Positions 1 through 10,155 of a DNA stretch of 64,000 bases are shown piece by piece. Origin of the DNA: an uncultured Pseudobdellovibrionaceae bacterium (GTDB taxonomy: Bacteria; Patescibacteriota; Minisyncoccia; Moranbacterales; GCA-2747515); the NCBI GenBank assembly GCA_964463705.1, contig CAYXCH010000006.1:32576-96575 (forward strand), in the 5' to 3' direction. The position numbers were made by a program, and so were the translations under genes. The notes beneath the pieces were generated by a model that had not been told where the DNA came from, searched no databases, and worked only from the letters and a program-made list of their open reading frames with translations. Each line of letters starts with the position of its first letter. Position 1 is the stretch's first letter.

Positions 1-1
1 T

Positions 2-1555
2 ATAAAAAAGCGCATCGCACAGCGATTGCCGTTTGTACGGGATGAGATGTCGTTGGAGGAGGCGCGAGTACTGTTTGCAGAGCGAAATGAGCCGTACAAG
101 TTGGAACTTATTGATAAAATCGCCGATCGTGGGGCGGAGAGCGTATCCGTCTATCGTACCGGTGATTCCTTTGTGGATCTCTGTGAGGGACCGCATGTGG
201 AGCATAGTGGGGAGATTAACGCAAAGGCATTAAAACTTACCACCCTCTCCGGTGCCTACTGGCAAGCAGATGAACATAATGATCAGATGACCCGTATCTA
301 TGGAGTGTTATTCTCCACACCGGAAGAACTTGCCGAATATGAAGCAATGCTCCGAGAAGCGGCGCGACGGGATCACCGCAAGCTGGGAAAAGCATTGGAT
401 CTGTTTACATTCTCCGATCTCGTAGGACCGGGATTGCCGCTATGGACACCGCGCGGAGCACTGTTGCGACAATTACTGGATGATTATGTCTGGGAACTTC
501 GCGCAAACCATTCTTATACGCGAGTGGCCATTCCGCACATCACCAAAAAAGCATTGTATGAAACCTCCGGGCACTGGCAAAAATTTGCCGATGAATTGTT
601 CCGCATCACCAGTCGTGAAGGAAAGGATTACGCAATGAAGCCGATGAATTGCCCGCATCATACGCAAATCTTCGCACGTAAACCTCATTCGTACCGGGAG
701 CTTCCCCAGCGCTACGCCGAAACAACCATGGTCTACCGTGATGAGCAATCCGGAGAATTGGGAGGATTGACACGTGTACTGTCCATTACTCAGGATGATG
801 CGCACATCTTCTGTCGGCACAATCAACTGCGGGAGGAATTCTTCGGTGTTTGGGATATTATTGATACATTCTATACAACATTCGGCTTTACATTTAAGAC
901 AGTTCGTCTTTCCTTCCATGATCCCGATCATCCGGAAAAATACCTTGGCACGCCGGACACCTGGGCAAAGGCGGAGCAGACGCTGCGTGACATCGCCGCC
1001 GCACGAGGTGTTGATGCCGAGGAAGCTCCCGGAGAGGCGGCATTATATGGTCCGAAAGTGGATTTCATCGCCACGGACTCACTGGGACGCACACATCAAG
1101 TCGCCACCATTCAGCTGGACATGAATCTTCCGGAGCGCTTTGATTTAACATGTATCAATGAGGCGGGAGAAAAGGAGCGAATTGTTATGATTCACTGCGC
1201 AATCATGGGATCGCTGGAACGCTTTATCGCCGTTCTCCTTGAACACACCGCGGGCAAACTTCCGGTTCGCTTTGCTCCCGTACAAGCGGTTGTGTTACCG
1301 ATTTCCGATGCACATCGTGAGTATGCAATGCATGTTCGTGACAATCTTACCGCCACCGGTGCTCGCGTAGATGTGCGAGCGGACGGAACAACATTGGGCA
1401 AGCGCATCCGTGACGCACAAACAGAACAAATTCCTTACATGTTGATTGTGGGAGATCAAGAAGTCTCCACCAATACCGTTGCCGTTCGCAGCCGTGATGA
1501 TGGTGATTTGGGAACGATGGATTATGAGGCGGTGCGAACATACTTGGAATCTTAG
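2..1555 (+). CDS. thrS: Threonine--tRNA ligase (5' end lies outside the window)
   Basis: DLCEGPH, RDHRKLGK, KPMNCP, RDEQSG and C-terminal anticodon-binding domain; frame is open from base 2. Confidence 0.97.
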   Translation: MKKRIAQRLPFVRDEMSLEEARVLFAERNEPYKLELIDKIADRGAESVSVYRTGDSFVDLCEGPHVEHSGEINAKALKLTTLSGAYWQADEHNDQMTRIYGVLFSTPEELAEYEAMLREAARRDHRKLGKALDLFTFSDLVGPGLPLWTPRGALLRQLLDDYVWELRANHSYTRVAIPHITKKALYETSGHWQKFADELFRITSREGKDYAMKPMNCPHHTQIFARKPHSYRELPQRYAETTMVYRDEQSGELGGLTRVLSITQDDAHIFCRHNQLREEFFGVWDIIDTFYTTFGFTFKTVRLSFHDPDHPEKYLGTPDTWAKAEQTLRDIAAARGVDAEEAPGEAALYGPKVDFIATDSLGRTHQVATIQLDMNLPERFDLTCINEAGEKERIVMIHCAIMGSLERFIAVLLEHTAGKLPVRFAPVQAVVLPISDAHREYAMHVRDNLTATGARVDVRADGTTLGKRIRDAQTEQIPYMLIVGDQEVSTNTVAVRSRDDGDLGTMDYEAVRTYLES

Positions 1556-1611
1556 TTGTTTCGATTTCCCGCATTGGTTACTCTTGAATGTGTTTAGTGT
1601 ATACTAAACAC

Positions 1612-2631
1612 ATGACTAGCACGCAACACAAACGTATTGTCATTATTGGACCCACGGCATCGGGAAAATCTGCCATTGCCATTGCGCTTGCTCATACATA
1701 TACCGGCGTGGTTATTGGTGCAGACAGTCGCCAAGTCTATCGCCATATGGATTTGGGAAGCGGAAAAGAGCCGGGAGCACGCTGTAACCTGCGTGCCCGC
1801 ACGTGCCGTGCTCTCCCCCGCACACTGCGAACCATTCTAGCTCGTACACCACACTTATGGCACCCCTATATTAGCGATGGTATTGCACACTATATGATTG
1901 ATATTGTGTCTCCGCGAACACCGTATAGCGTTGCGCAATTTGTTGCTCGTGCACAGTCTGTACTTCATGCGTGTCACACTCATTCCATTCTTCCCATTAT
2001 CTGTGGCGGAACACATTTCTGGGTCCAGGCATTGGTAGAACAGCAAATATTTGCCGCCGTACCACCGAATACGGCGCTGCGGACACGGTTATCCACTCGT
2101 CCCGCCACGGAACTGCTGGCACACCTTGCGGCACTGGATCCTATCCGCGCCGAAGCAATTCGTAAGAATGGCGAACATTTCAACCGCGTTCGTCTTATTC
2201 GCGCCATTGAAATCGCCACCGCTCTCGGATCGGTTCCGTCACCACCTGCACCCAATCCGCCGGACCCGAACACCACACTTATATTGGCGGTGCTGCCGGA
2301 CCAAGCGACATTACACAAAAATATTGAACATCGTCTCCCGCCGCGTCTTGCCGCAGGTATGCTTGATGAAGTTGCGGCTCTTCATGAAAAATACCATGTT
2401 CCGTGGACGCAACTGGAACGATTCGGATTGGAGTATAAATGGTGTGCACGGTACTTGCAGGGTCATTGCGACATGGAAACACTGATGAAAAACATTATCA
2501 GTGAAAGCAAAAAATTCGCAAAACGCCAGCGGACATGGATTCGTCGTTGGGAACGCAGCGGAGCACGCATCCACCCCATTACCACCGCGGCGGAAGCTCA
2601 TACACTTACACACGCATTTCTTTCATCATAA
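1612..2631 (+). CDS. miaA: tRNA dimethylallyltransferase
   Basis: GPTASGKS, ADSRQVY, CGGT, FAKRQRTW; start moved to ATG 1612. Confidence 0.93.
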   Translation: MTSTQHKRIVIIGPTASGKSAIAIALAHTYTGVVIGADSRQVYRHMDLGSGKEPGARCNLRARTCRALPRTLRTILARTPHLWHPYISDGIAHYMIDIVSPRTPYSVAQFVARAQSVLHACHTHSILPIICGGTHFWVQALVEQQIFAAVPPNTALRTRLSTRPATELLAHLAALDPIRAEAIRKNGEHFNRVRLIRAIEIATALGSVPSPPAPNPPDPNTTLILAVLPDQATLHKNIEHRLPPRLAAGMLDEVAALHEKYHVPWTQLERFGLEYKWCARYLQGHCDMETLMKNIISESKKFAKRQRTWIRRWERSGARIHPITTAAEAHTLTHAFLSS

Positions 2632-2637
2632 TTTATT

Positions 2638-3432
2638 ATGGAAATACTTCCCTCCACTCCGGATACTCAATCGGAGAAACCGAAAGAATGGTCCATTGGC
2701 AAAGGAACACTTATCCAACATGGAACATCATTTGAAATACGCTATGGCGAAATGGTCGCCCCTGTTCCACCAATAGTGGGAAAACATTTGCGATTTTGTG
2801 CACGATTGCAACAACGAGCACACCGACACGATACACCGAAAACAACATCACTATACAGAGATATAAACTGCCATCGCACAGCAATTGGACCATTGATGGA
2901 TTATGTTCATGCCACTCATCAGAAACCGGAAACGCTGACATTTGCTAATCACGTTCGTGCGGTCGGTGGCGGGATGCGTCGGTATCATGAGCGATCAACT
3001 GTTACTTCGGCAGATTTTGACTGGTGGCTTCAAAATCGTACAAAAGCATTGCCTCTTTCACCGGACGAATGTTTATTTATCACAATGGATACCCGCGATA
3101 CCGCAGAACATCACCTCTCACGCAATCTCCGAGACACTTATGGTGAAGAAACGGCATTTGTCGGACAGTTCATCAGAGGACGACAGACATTCTCCACATT
3201 ACCCCGCCCATTCCATAGTTTCTTTTTCTTCCGCTCGGATTGTGATGTATTCCTATGCTTTGATAAAAAAGGTGTAGATGATGCACCATTTCGTATTATT
3301 CCGCTAGCGACACTGATCCGGGAAAATATCTCACAAAAATACCTTCACCATGATACGATGTTCTTCGCAGCCATGCCGGTAAATCGTGTTATTGCTCACT
3401 TACGTGACGAGTCCTACCGCCCACGATTATAG
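2638..3432 (+). CDS. Hypothetical protein
   Basis: 264-aa ORF directly after miaA; no family recognised. Confidence 0.7.
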   Translation: MEILPSTPDTQSEKPKEWSIGKGTLIQHGTSFEIRYGEMVAPVPPIVGKHLRFCARLQQRAHRHDTPKTTSLYRDINCHRTAIGPLMDYVHATHQKPETLTFANHVRAVGGGMRRYHERSTVTSADFDWWLQNRTKALPLSPDECLFITMDTRDTAEHHLSRNLRDTYGEETAFVGQFIRGRQTFSTLPRPFHSFFFFRSDCDVFLCFDKKGVDDAPFRIIPLATLIRENISQKYLHHDTMFFAAMPVNRVIAHLRDESYRPRL

Positions 3433-3435
3433 AAA

Positions 3436-4908
3436 TCACTGCAAGCGCTCTTTCAACAGTCGTGTCGCCGTTTGCGGATTGGCTTTACCACGCGTTTCCT
3501 TCATCACTTGCCCCATCAGATATTTCAGCGCATTATCCTTACCGGAACGATAGTCTGCAACGGACTGCGGATTTGCGGCAATCACCGAATCCACTACCGA
3601 TGACAATGCGTCCTCATCGTCCATTTGCGCCAATCCTCGCTCCTCAATAATGTGACTGGGATCATCATCGTCACCGGTATACATCAACTCCAATACGGTC
3701 TGTGCGGCGGAGGAATTAATTTTTCCATCCGCAACAATTCCAATCAATTCCGCAAAATTTTCCGGTGTAATCCGCACATCACGAATTGTCTTCTGATCCC
3801 GCACCAAATACTTTTGCAACTCGCTGACCAAATAATTTGCCGCCAATTTCGTCGTCTTCTCTTTTGGTGCGGAAACTTCTCCGCTGTCTCGCTTTGCATC
3901 CAATTCACTCAATACGTTTTCACAATACTCCGCAAGGTGCTTATCCGCAATCAATACATCCAGCACTTCATCACGCAACCCATACTCCTCCTTAAATCGT
4001 TCCCGCTTCTGCGCCGGAAGCTCCGGAAGTGTGCGACGCAACTCTTCCACATACTCCTCTGTAAACACCATCGGCGGAATGTCCGGCTCCGGAAAATACC
4101 GATAATCATGTGCAGACTCCTTGGCACGCTGACTGAATGTCTCCCCACGCGCATCGTCCCACCCGCGCGTTTCTTGAACAATCTCCTCTCCATCATCCAA
4201 CGCCACCGTTTGTCGTGCAATCTCATACACGATTGCACGCTCTACGCTGCGAAACGAGTTTAGGTTTTTGATTTCCACTTTGGTGCCGCTCAGCCGATCT
4301 TCTCCTTCCTTATGTAAGGAGATATTTACCTCACACCGCATCTGCCCTTTTTCCATATCGGCATCGGAAATCTCCAAATAGCGGATTATCTGCTGCAAAT
4401 GCTGACAAAACGCTCGCGCCTGTGCACCACTGGTAATATCCGGCTCGGTTACCAACTCCATCAACGGTACTCCCGCACGATTAAGATCCACCAGCGTATA
4501 CTCCGCCCCGCGCGGGTGACGGGATTTTCCGGTATCCTCCTCCATATGAATACGCGTAATTCCAATTGTCGTTCCATCGATTGTCAATGCACCCCCTTCA
4601 CACAACGGCTGATCATACTGCGAAATCTGATATCCTTTGGGTAAATCCGGATAAAAATAGTTTTTTCGATCAAACTTTGTCTCTCGCAAAATACTACATC
4701 CCAGCGCCAATCCGGCCCGCTGAACGGCACGAATCGCTTCTTTATTGGGCAACGGGAGCGTCCCGGGCTGCGCCGTAGTAACCGGATCAATATGCACATT
4801 CGGTTCCTTCTCCAATCCCAATCCGTTCACTTCCGAACAAAACATCTTACTCGCTGTGGTAAGCTCACAATGAATTTCCATTCCGATTACCGGGTGGTAC
4901 GTTGCCAT
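3436..4908 (-). CDS. gatB: Asp-tRNA(Asn)/Glu-tRNA(Gln) amidotransferase subunit B
   Basis: GMEIH, FDRKNYFYPDLPKGYQISQ, DYRYFPEPD, GQVMK. Confidence 0.97.
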   Translation of the reverse strand: MATYHPVIGMEIHCELTTASKMFCSEVNGLGLEKEPNVHIDPVTTAQPGTLPLPNKEAIRAVQRAGLALGCSILRETKFDRKNYFYPDLPKGYQISQYDQPLCEGGALTIDGTTIGITRIHMEEDTGKSRHPRGAEYTLVDLNRAGVPLMELVTEPDITSGAQARAFCQHLQQIIRYLEISDADMEKGQMRCEVNISLHKEGEDRLSGTKVEIKNLNSFRSVERAIVYEIARQTVALDDGEEIVQETRGWDDARGETFSQRAKESAHDYRYFPEPDIPPMVFTEEYVEELRRTLPELPAQKRERFKEEYGLRDEVLDVLIADKHLAEYCENVLSELDAKRDSGEVSAPKEKTTKLAANYLVSELQKYLVRDQKTIRDVRITPENFAELIGIVADGKINSSAAQTVLELMYTGDDDDPSHIIEERGLAQMDDEDALSSVVDSVIAANPQSVADYRSGKDNALKYLMGQVMKETRGKANPQTATRLLKERLQ

Positions 4909-4953
4909 ACAATACACCTTAACTATTTTCCGTATTCTATCACATTTTTCCGC

Positions 4954-4994
4954 AAAATAAAACGCGGCACACCCCTATGAGTGTACCGCGTTTT
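4954..4994 (-). terminator. Rho-independent terminator after the FKBP gene
   Basis: AAAACGCGG...CCGCGTTTT inverted repeat followed by a T-rich tract on the minus strand. Confidence 0.65.
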
Positions 4995-5006
4995 GGCGGA
5001 GAAATA

Positions 5007-5891
5007 CTACTTACCCAGCTCTACCGCCTCCACTTCAAAAATCAACACACTGTTGGGCTCAATTCCTGCCGGTGGCACACCCTGCTCTCCATAGGCCTGA
5101 TCCGCAGGAACAACAATTTCCCATTGATCTCCGATACGCATCGCTTTGAGTGCCGTGGCAAATCCGGGGATTGTCATCTTGGCACTCATAACCACCGGCT
5201 CCGTGTTGCCATCACGACGAGAGCTATCAAACTCCGTTCCATCAATTAATGTTCCGCGATAGTGAAGCTTAACATCCTGTGTACCGATAATTGGACCCGT
5301 ACCGGTGGCAAGTACTCGGTATAACACACCGTTCTCCAGTTCCTTTACGCCATCTTTTTTCTTGTATTCCGCCAGAAACTTCTCTCCCGCTTCCTTATTT
5401 TTCTGTGCACGCTCTTCCGCCTTCTTTTGCTCCACTTCCATGCGCTTCTCCAATACCGCGCGAACCATATCTTCAGACATTAGCGGTGATGATGTTTCCG
5501 TAATGGCATCACGAAAGCCGCGTACCACCATTCCCACATCAATCATTCCCTCCTGCACACCCGGCGCCGTTTTATATGCCGGCAAATTCTGCTGACCCAG
5601 TGCAGAGCCTACCGCATATCCCCACTGTTTTGGATTCATTCCGTTTACCTCATCAACAGTGGTCGGCAATCCGCTAAGTGCAACCTGTGCATTCTGCATT
5701 GCTTTGGACACGCCGCCATTCTTTTGCGCAACACGAACACCGTAAATCACCGCCGCAATAATGGCGACAACGATCAGCCAATTTCTTACCGTCGTCGGCA
5801 CCGGACACCGACGAGAAGATTTCCGTCGTGATGATGCATTAGTATGCGGAGTTACATCTCGCGCCTCTGTAGATTCTTCTTTCTGTGTCAT
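5007..5891 (-). CDS. Membrane-anchored FKBP-type peptidyl-prolyl isomerase (FkpA/Mip-like)
   Basis: N-terminal TM helix, HYRGTLIDGTEFDSS, AYGEQG, LIFEVE. Confidence 0.92.
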   Translation of the reverse strand: MTQKEESTEARDVTPHTNASSRRKSSRRCPVPTTVRNWLIVVAIIAAVIYGVRVAQKNGGVSKAMQNAQVALSGLPTTVDEVNGMNPKQWGYAVGSALGQQNLPAYKTAPGVQEGMIDVGMVVRGFRDAITETSSPLMSEDMVRAVLEKRMEVEQKKAEERAQKNKEAGEKFLAEYKKKDGVKELENGVLYRVLATGTGPIIGTQDVKLHYRGTLIDGTEFDSSRRDGNTEPVVMSAKMTIPGFATALKAMRIGDQWEIVVPADQAYGEQGVPPAGIEPNSVLIFEVEAVELGK

Positions 5892-5985
5892 ATCTATAAT
5901 ATTAGAAAACTTATCCCCCCGTAGTATACCATACTTTTTGACAGTCCCAAAAGAGAATGATAGACTTCCGTGATACCATACGTCA

Positions 5986-7029
5986 ATGAAGCTCTCGACA
6001 TTTCACACTCCTCTAATCCTGGCAGATGACACGGAAAGTGCCCATGCTACCGCCTATGCATTGGCACACTACTACACGGCACGGCAGGCAACGCCACGTG
6101 TTGTTTGTACTCCTCACCATCGTATATCTCTTGCATTTTTGCCGCAACCGAAGCACTGCCATACCACTGTTGGTGCAACAGAACACTTTACTCTGCGCTT
6201 TGATACATCTACGCATCCCATTGAAGATGTACACGTACAACGAGAAGAGTCGGCGGTAACCATTACCGTTACTCCCAAACATGGCATGATTGATCCAAGG
6301 GACTTCTCCTTTGCAACGGGGGCGTCACATTATGATGTTGTAATTATTGTCGGCGCGGAGGCACTGCGGCGTTATGCGGAAGATATTGCATCCCTTCACG
6401 GACATATTCCATTTATCACTTTACCGACAACATCAGGACACTCTCTCGGTATGAATGTATATACACATATTCATGACAGCAACAATCTTACACCCTCTGC
6501 CGCTCAATGTCTACTTGCCGCCATTGTTATGGAAACCGATGCTCTGCGCACTGCTGACACCGATGTATACCGTGCCGGTGCGGATCTTATGGCGCGAGGT
6601 GCGGATTTGCAGGCAATCATGTCTGCACGATATAAAAACATCACTCTTGATTTTGCCCGATTTTGGGGAGGATTTTTAGAATCACTAACACCACATTGTA
6701 ACGGGAGATGTGCCCTCTCCATTGTTAGCGCTCCCTACGGAAATGATGCAGAAACTCTTGCCACCGCTCTATACAAAACCGCTCCCTACCAACAAAACAC
6801 CGCTATTCTCGGCGCACTGTGGTATTCACGAAAAACACTAAACGGAATGTTTCTTTGCACATCATACACACTGCATACCATTCTTCGGGATACGGTAACG
6901 GAGATTGATTTTCACAATGGTGAATACGGGACCCTGCGTTGCCAAACACAGCAACCCGTCTCTGATATTGTCACTATTCTTACCGACGCCATTACTGCAA
7001 TGGACCAACGCGACAAGAGCAACAAATAA
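5986..7029 (+). CDS. Degenerate DHH/NrnA-like phosphoesterase-fold protein
   Basis: AQCLLAAIVMETD and ADLMARGAD resemble the DHH-family core; the DHH motif itself is absent. Confidence 0.5.
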   Translation: MKLSTFHTPLILADDTESAHATAYALAHYYTARQATPRVVCTPHHRISLAFLPQPKHCHTTVGATEHFTLRFDTSTHPIEDVHVQREESAVTITVTPKHGMIDPRDFSFATGASHYDVVIIVGAEALRRYAEDIASLHGHIPFITLPTTSGHSLGMNVYTHIHDSNNLTPSAAQCLLAAIVMETDALRTADTDVYRAGADLMARGADLQAIMSARYKNITLDFARFWGGFLESLTPHCNGRCALSIVSAPYGNDAETLATALYKTAPYQQNTAILGALWYSRKTLNGMFLCTSYTLHTILRDTVTEIDFHNGEYGTLRCQTQQPVSDIVTILTDAITAMDQRDKSNK

Positions 7030-7056
7030 TGGTACAATGGGGACAAAAGACTCCCT

Positions 7057-10000
7057 ATGCCAAAAAAAATTACCGGACACACAGAACTCCAGGACAGTGC
7101 CTATATTAGACGCCAAAAAAAACACGTCTCTCAGACACTGTATAAACTGCGACACCAATCGGAAGAGCGTCAAGCGGCAAAAATTGCAAGGGATGCAAAG
7201 CTTCCCTATATTGATCTCAACCTCATGCCGGTGGACGATGCGGTCGTACGAAGTATTGATGAAGCGCAATCTCGCCGATACAATATTGCCATCTTTCATA
7301 AAGCGGGCCGCAATGTGCGAATCGCCATCGCAGATCCATCCAATGATGATGCACTGACCTTTATTAAAGATATTGCGACACAACAGCGGTGGCGTATCGC
7401 GCTTTATGTCGCCTCTCGTTCTTCTTTGGAAAAGGCGTGGCGCGCATATAAAAAGCCACTACTCGCCCAGGTAGATGCGTTCAACCTTGCACTGGATGAC
7501 GAACTTCTCTCCGGTGCCACACGAGCACTGGAAAACCTTCGCGCTCTGGTAGACGGTGAAGATGATGTCAGTACAACACAAGTGCTGCAAATTATCTTTG
7601 CGGGAGCGGTAGCGCTAAACGCCAGCGATATTCATATTGAACCCCAAGAAAATCGGTTGCGTCTACGGTACAGAATTGACGGAATTTTGCACGATGTCGG
7701 CGATTTGCCACGAAGACTGTATACCGGGGTTGTCAATCGCATCAAAATCATGTCGCACATGAAAGTAAATGTGCGCACCATTGCGCAGGACGGGCGATTG
7801 AGCATCGCGTTGGATGGAGAGATGGGGGGTGAAGTGGACATACGTGTCAGCACCATTCCCGGAAATTATGGCGAGAGTATCGTCATGCGCCTATTGATTA
7901 AAACCGGGAAACTTCTTGATCTTTCCGACATGGGACTGCGTGGATTGGCGGATGAAATTGTACGAAAAGAGGCGGACAAACCCAATGGAATGATTGTTAC
8001 AACGGGACCGACGGGAAGCGGAAAAACAACAACGTTATATGCTCTTTTGCAACGAGCAAATAAGCCCGGAGTAAAAATCATTACCATTGAGGATCCGATT
8101 GAGTATGAGATTGACGGTATTTCTCAGACACAAGTATCCAAAGATGGAAAGTATACATTTGCAAAAGGATTGCGCGCCATTGTCCGTCAAGATCCGGATA
8201 TTATTCTTGTTGGAGAGATTCGTGATGATGAGACAGCGGATATTGCCGTTAATGCGGCATTAACGGGTCACCTCGTATTTACAACAATTCATGCCAATAA
8301 TGCTGCCGCTACCATTCCGCGATTCTTGGAATTGGGGGTAAAACCGTCCATCCTCCCACCGGCAATGAATGCCATCATGGCGCAGCGCTTAGTACGACGT
8401 CTGTGCTCACACTGTAAAGAGGCCTATGAGCCGGCGCAGGAAACGTTAGATATGATTAAACGATTGCTGGCAATTATCTCTCCCAAGGCAAAGGTGGAAA
8501 TCCCCAAAGAAATTACAACACTATATCGGCCCAAAGGATGCCAACGATGCGGTGGTGTCGGATACAAGGGACGGATTGGTATTTTTGAAGTGTTTACCAT
8601 TACGGAAAATATTGAAAAAATCATTTCCGATCTTGGAAGTGAAGAAGACATCATGCGCGCCGCAATGGAAGATGGCATGATGACGATGACACAGGATGGG
8701 GTTCTTAAAGCGGTAGAGGGCATTACATCTATGGAAGAGGTGTGGCGCGTAACCGCGGAAGGAGAATTTTTGGAAGATGTTTACAATCGCGTCATGGAAC
8801 AGTCACTGGCGCGAGCGATTGTTGTAGAGCGAGATATTATCACCACTCTCCGATCACTGGTTAATGACCATGAGGCGTTGGCAACCCATATCCACACAAC
8901 AAACCAAAAAACAGTTATTAAGAGCATCCTCGGTGCAGGATTGCTGATGAATGCCGGCGATATTCACATTGAGCCCGCCGCACATGGTGTAGACGTCCGA
9001 TTTCGTATTGATGGAGTATTGCAGAAAATTGGAACACTTCCCATGAATGAATACCCTTCACTCCTTTCCAATCTTAAGCTTGTCAGCGGATTGAAAACGG
9101 AAGAGCGACATGGAGTTGCCGACAGCCGTTTCTCCATTGTCTTAGATGAACCGTTATCGGAAGAACATGACACAACGCGCATTGATGTTCGTATTTCGTT
9201 TATTGTCAGTGGATTCGGAGAAACAATTGTGATGCGTTTGCTAAATCAGAGTGCCACATCACTGGATATTACACAATTGGGAATTCGTGAACAAAACCTT
9301 CACCGTATTATGGACGTGGTGAAAAAACCCTATGGCATCCTCCTTAACACCGGTCCGACGGGAAGCGGAAAAACAACAACGTTGTACAGTTTACTTCGAC
9401 AACTTAATCGCCCTGACGTTAAAATTATCACCGTGGAGGATCCGATTGAGTATCAAATGGACGGCGTATTGCAAACACAAGTAGATGAAGACTCCGGATA
9501 CACATTTGCTACCGCCCTGCGCGCACTGCTGCGACAAAATCCGGATATTATGATGATTGGAGAAATCCGTGATGAAGAGACGGCGCAAATTGCTGTACAG
9601 GCCGCTCTTACAGGCCACCTTATTCTCTCCACGCTACATACAAATTCCAGTGCCGTGGCAATTCAACGCCTAATGAATATGGGAATTAGCACTGAAGATC
9701 TTGCAACCAGTATTAATGCCATGATGGCCCAACGATTGGTTCGTGTCTTGTGTTCGCACTGCAAAAAGAAAGTACGACCATCAGCGGAACAACAATCCGT
9801 ACTCCACAATGTTCTTGATACAATTTCAGATAAGAGTGGCTTAAAAGCTCCGCAGACAACATATATATATCAACCCGTCGGGTGTGAGCAATGCACACAT
9901 GGATACCGAGGCCGAACAACCATCAGTGAAGTTCTCGTTGTCACACCGGAAATTCAAGAGATGATCGGGAATGGAGAACTCGCCACTCATATCATTGACC

Positions 10001-10104
10001 ATGCCGTTTCCAATGGCATGATTACCATGACACAAGATGGTGCGGTAAAAGTCTTTGAGGGTATCACCTCGTTGGAAGAATTGGAGCGCGTTACGGAACT
10101 GTAA
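7057..10104 (+). CDS. GspE/PilB-family pilus assembly ATPase with two tandem ATPase modules
   Basis: Two copies each of DIHIEP, GPTGSGKTTTLY, EDPIEY, GEIRD, TGHL and CxxC...CxxC. Confidence 0.93.
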   Translation: MPKKITGHTELQDSAYIRRQKKHVSQTLYKLRHQSEERQAAKIARDAKLPYIDLNLMPVDDAVVRSIDEAQSRRYNIAIFHKAGRNVRIAIADPSNDDALTFIKDIATQQRWRIALYVASRSSLEKAWRAYKKPLLAQVDAFNLALDDELLSGATRALENLRALVDGEDDVSTTQVLQIIFAGAVALNASDIHIEPQENRLRLRYRIDGILHDVGDLPRRLYTGVVNRIKIMSHMKVNVRTIAQDGRLSIALDGEMGGEVDIRVSTIPGNYGESIVMRLLIKTGKLLDLSDMGLRGLADEIVRKEADKPNGMIVTTGPTGSGKTTTLYALLQRANKPGVKIITIEDPIEYEIDGISQTQVSKDGKYTFAKGLRAIVRQDPDIILVGEIRDDETADIAVNAALTGHLVFTTIHANNAAATIPRFLELGVKPSILPPAMNAIMAQRLVRRLCSHCKEAYEPAQETLDMIKRLLAIISPKAKVEIPKEITTLYRPKGCQRCGGVGYKGRIGIFEVFTITENIEKIISDLGSEEDIMRAAMEDGMMTMTQDGVLKAVEGITSMEEVWRVTAEGEFLEDVYNRVMEQSLARAIVVERDIITTLRSLVNDHEALATHIHTTNQKTVIKSILGAGLLMNAGDIHIEPAAHGVDVRFRIDGVLQKIGTLPMNEYPSLLSNLKLVSGLKTEERHGVADSRFSIVLDEPLSEEHDTTRIDVRISFIVSGFGETIVMRLLNQSATSLDITQLGIREQNLHRIMDVVKKPYGILLNTGPTGSGKTTTLYSLLRQLNRPDVKIITVEDPIEYQMDGVLQTQVDEDSGYTFATALRALLRQNPDIMMIGEIRDEETAQIAVQAALTGHLILSTLHTNSSAVAIQRLMNMGISTEDLATSINAMMAQRLVRVLCSHCKKKVRPSAEQQSVLHNVLDTISDKSGLKAPQTTYIYQPVGCEQCTHGYRGRTTISEVLVVTPEIQEMIGNGELATHIIDHAVSNGMITMTQDGAVKVFEGITSLEELERVTEL

Positions 10105-10155
10105 GCTTTGTCAATAGAAAGGAATCGGTGCAAACAATAACTTTCTTGCACCCAC

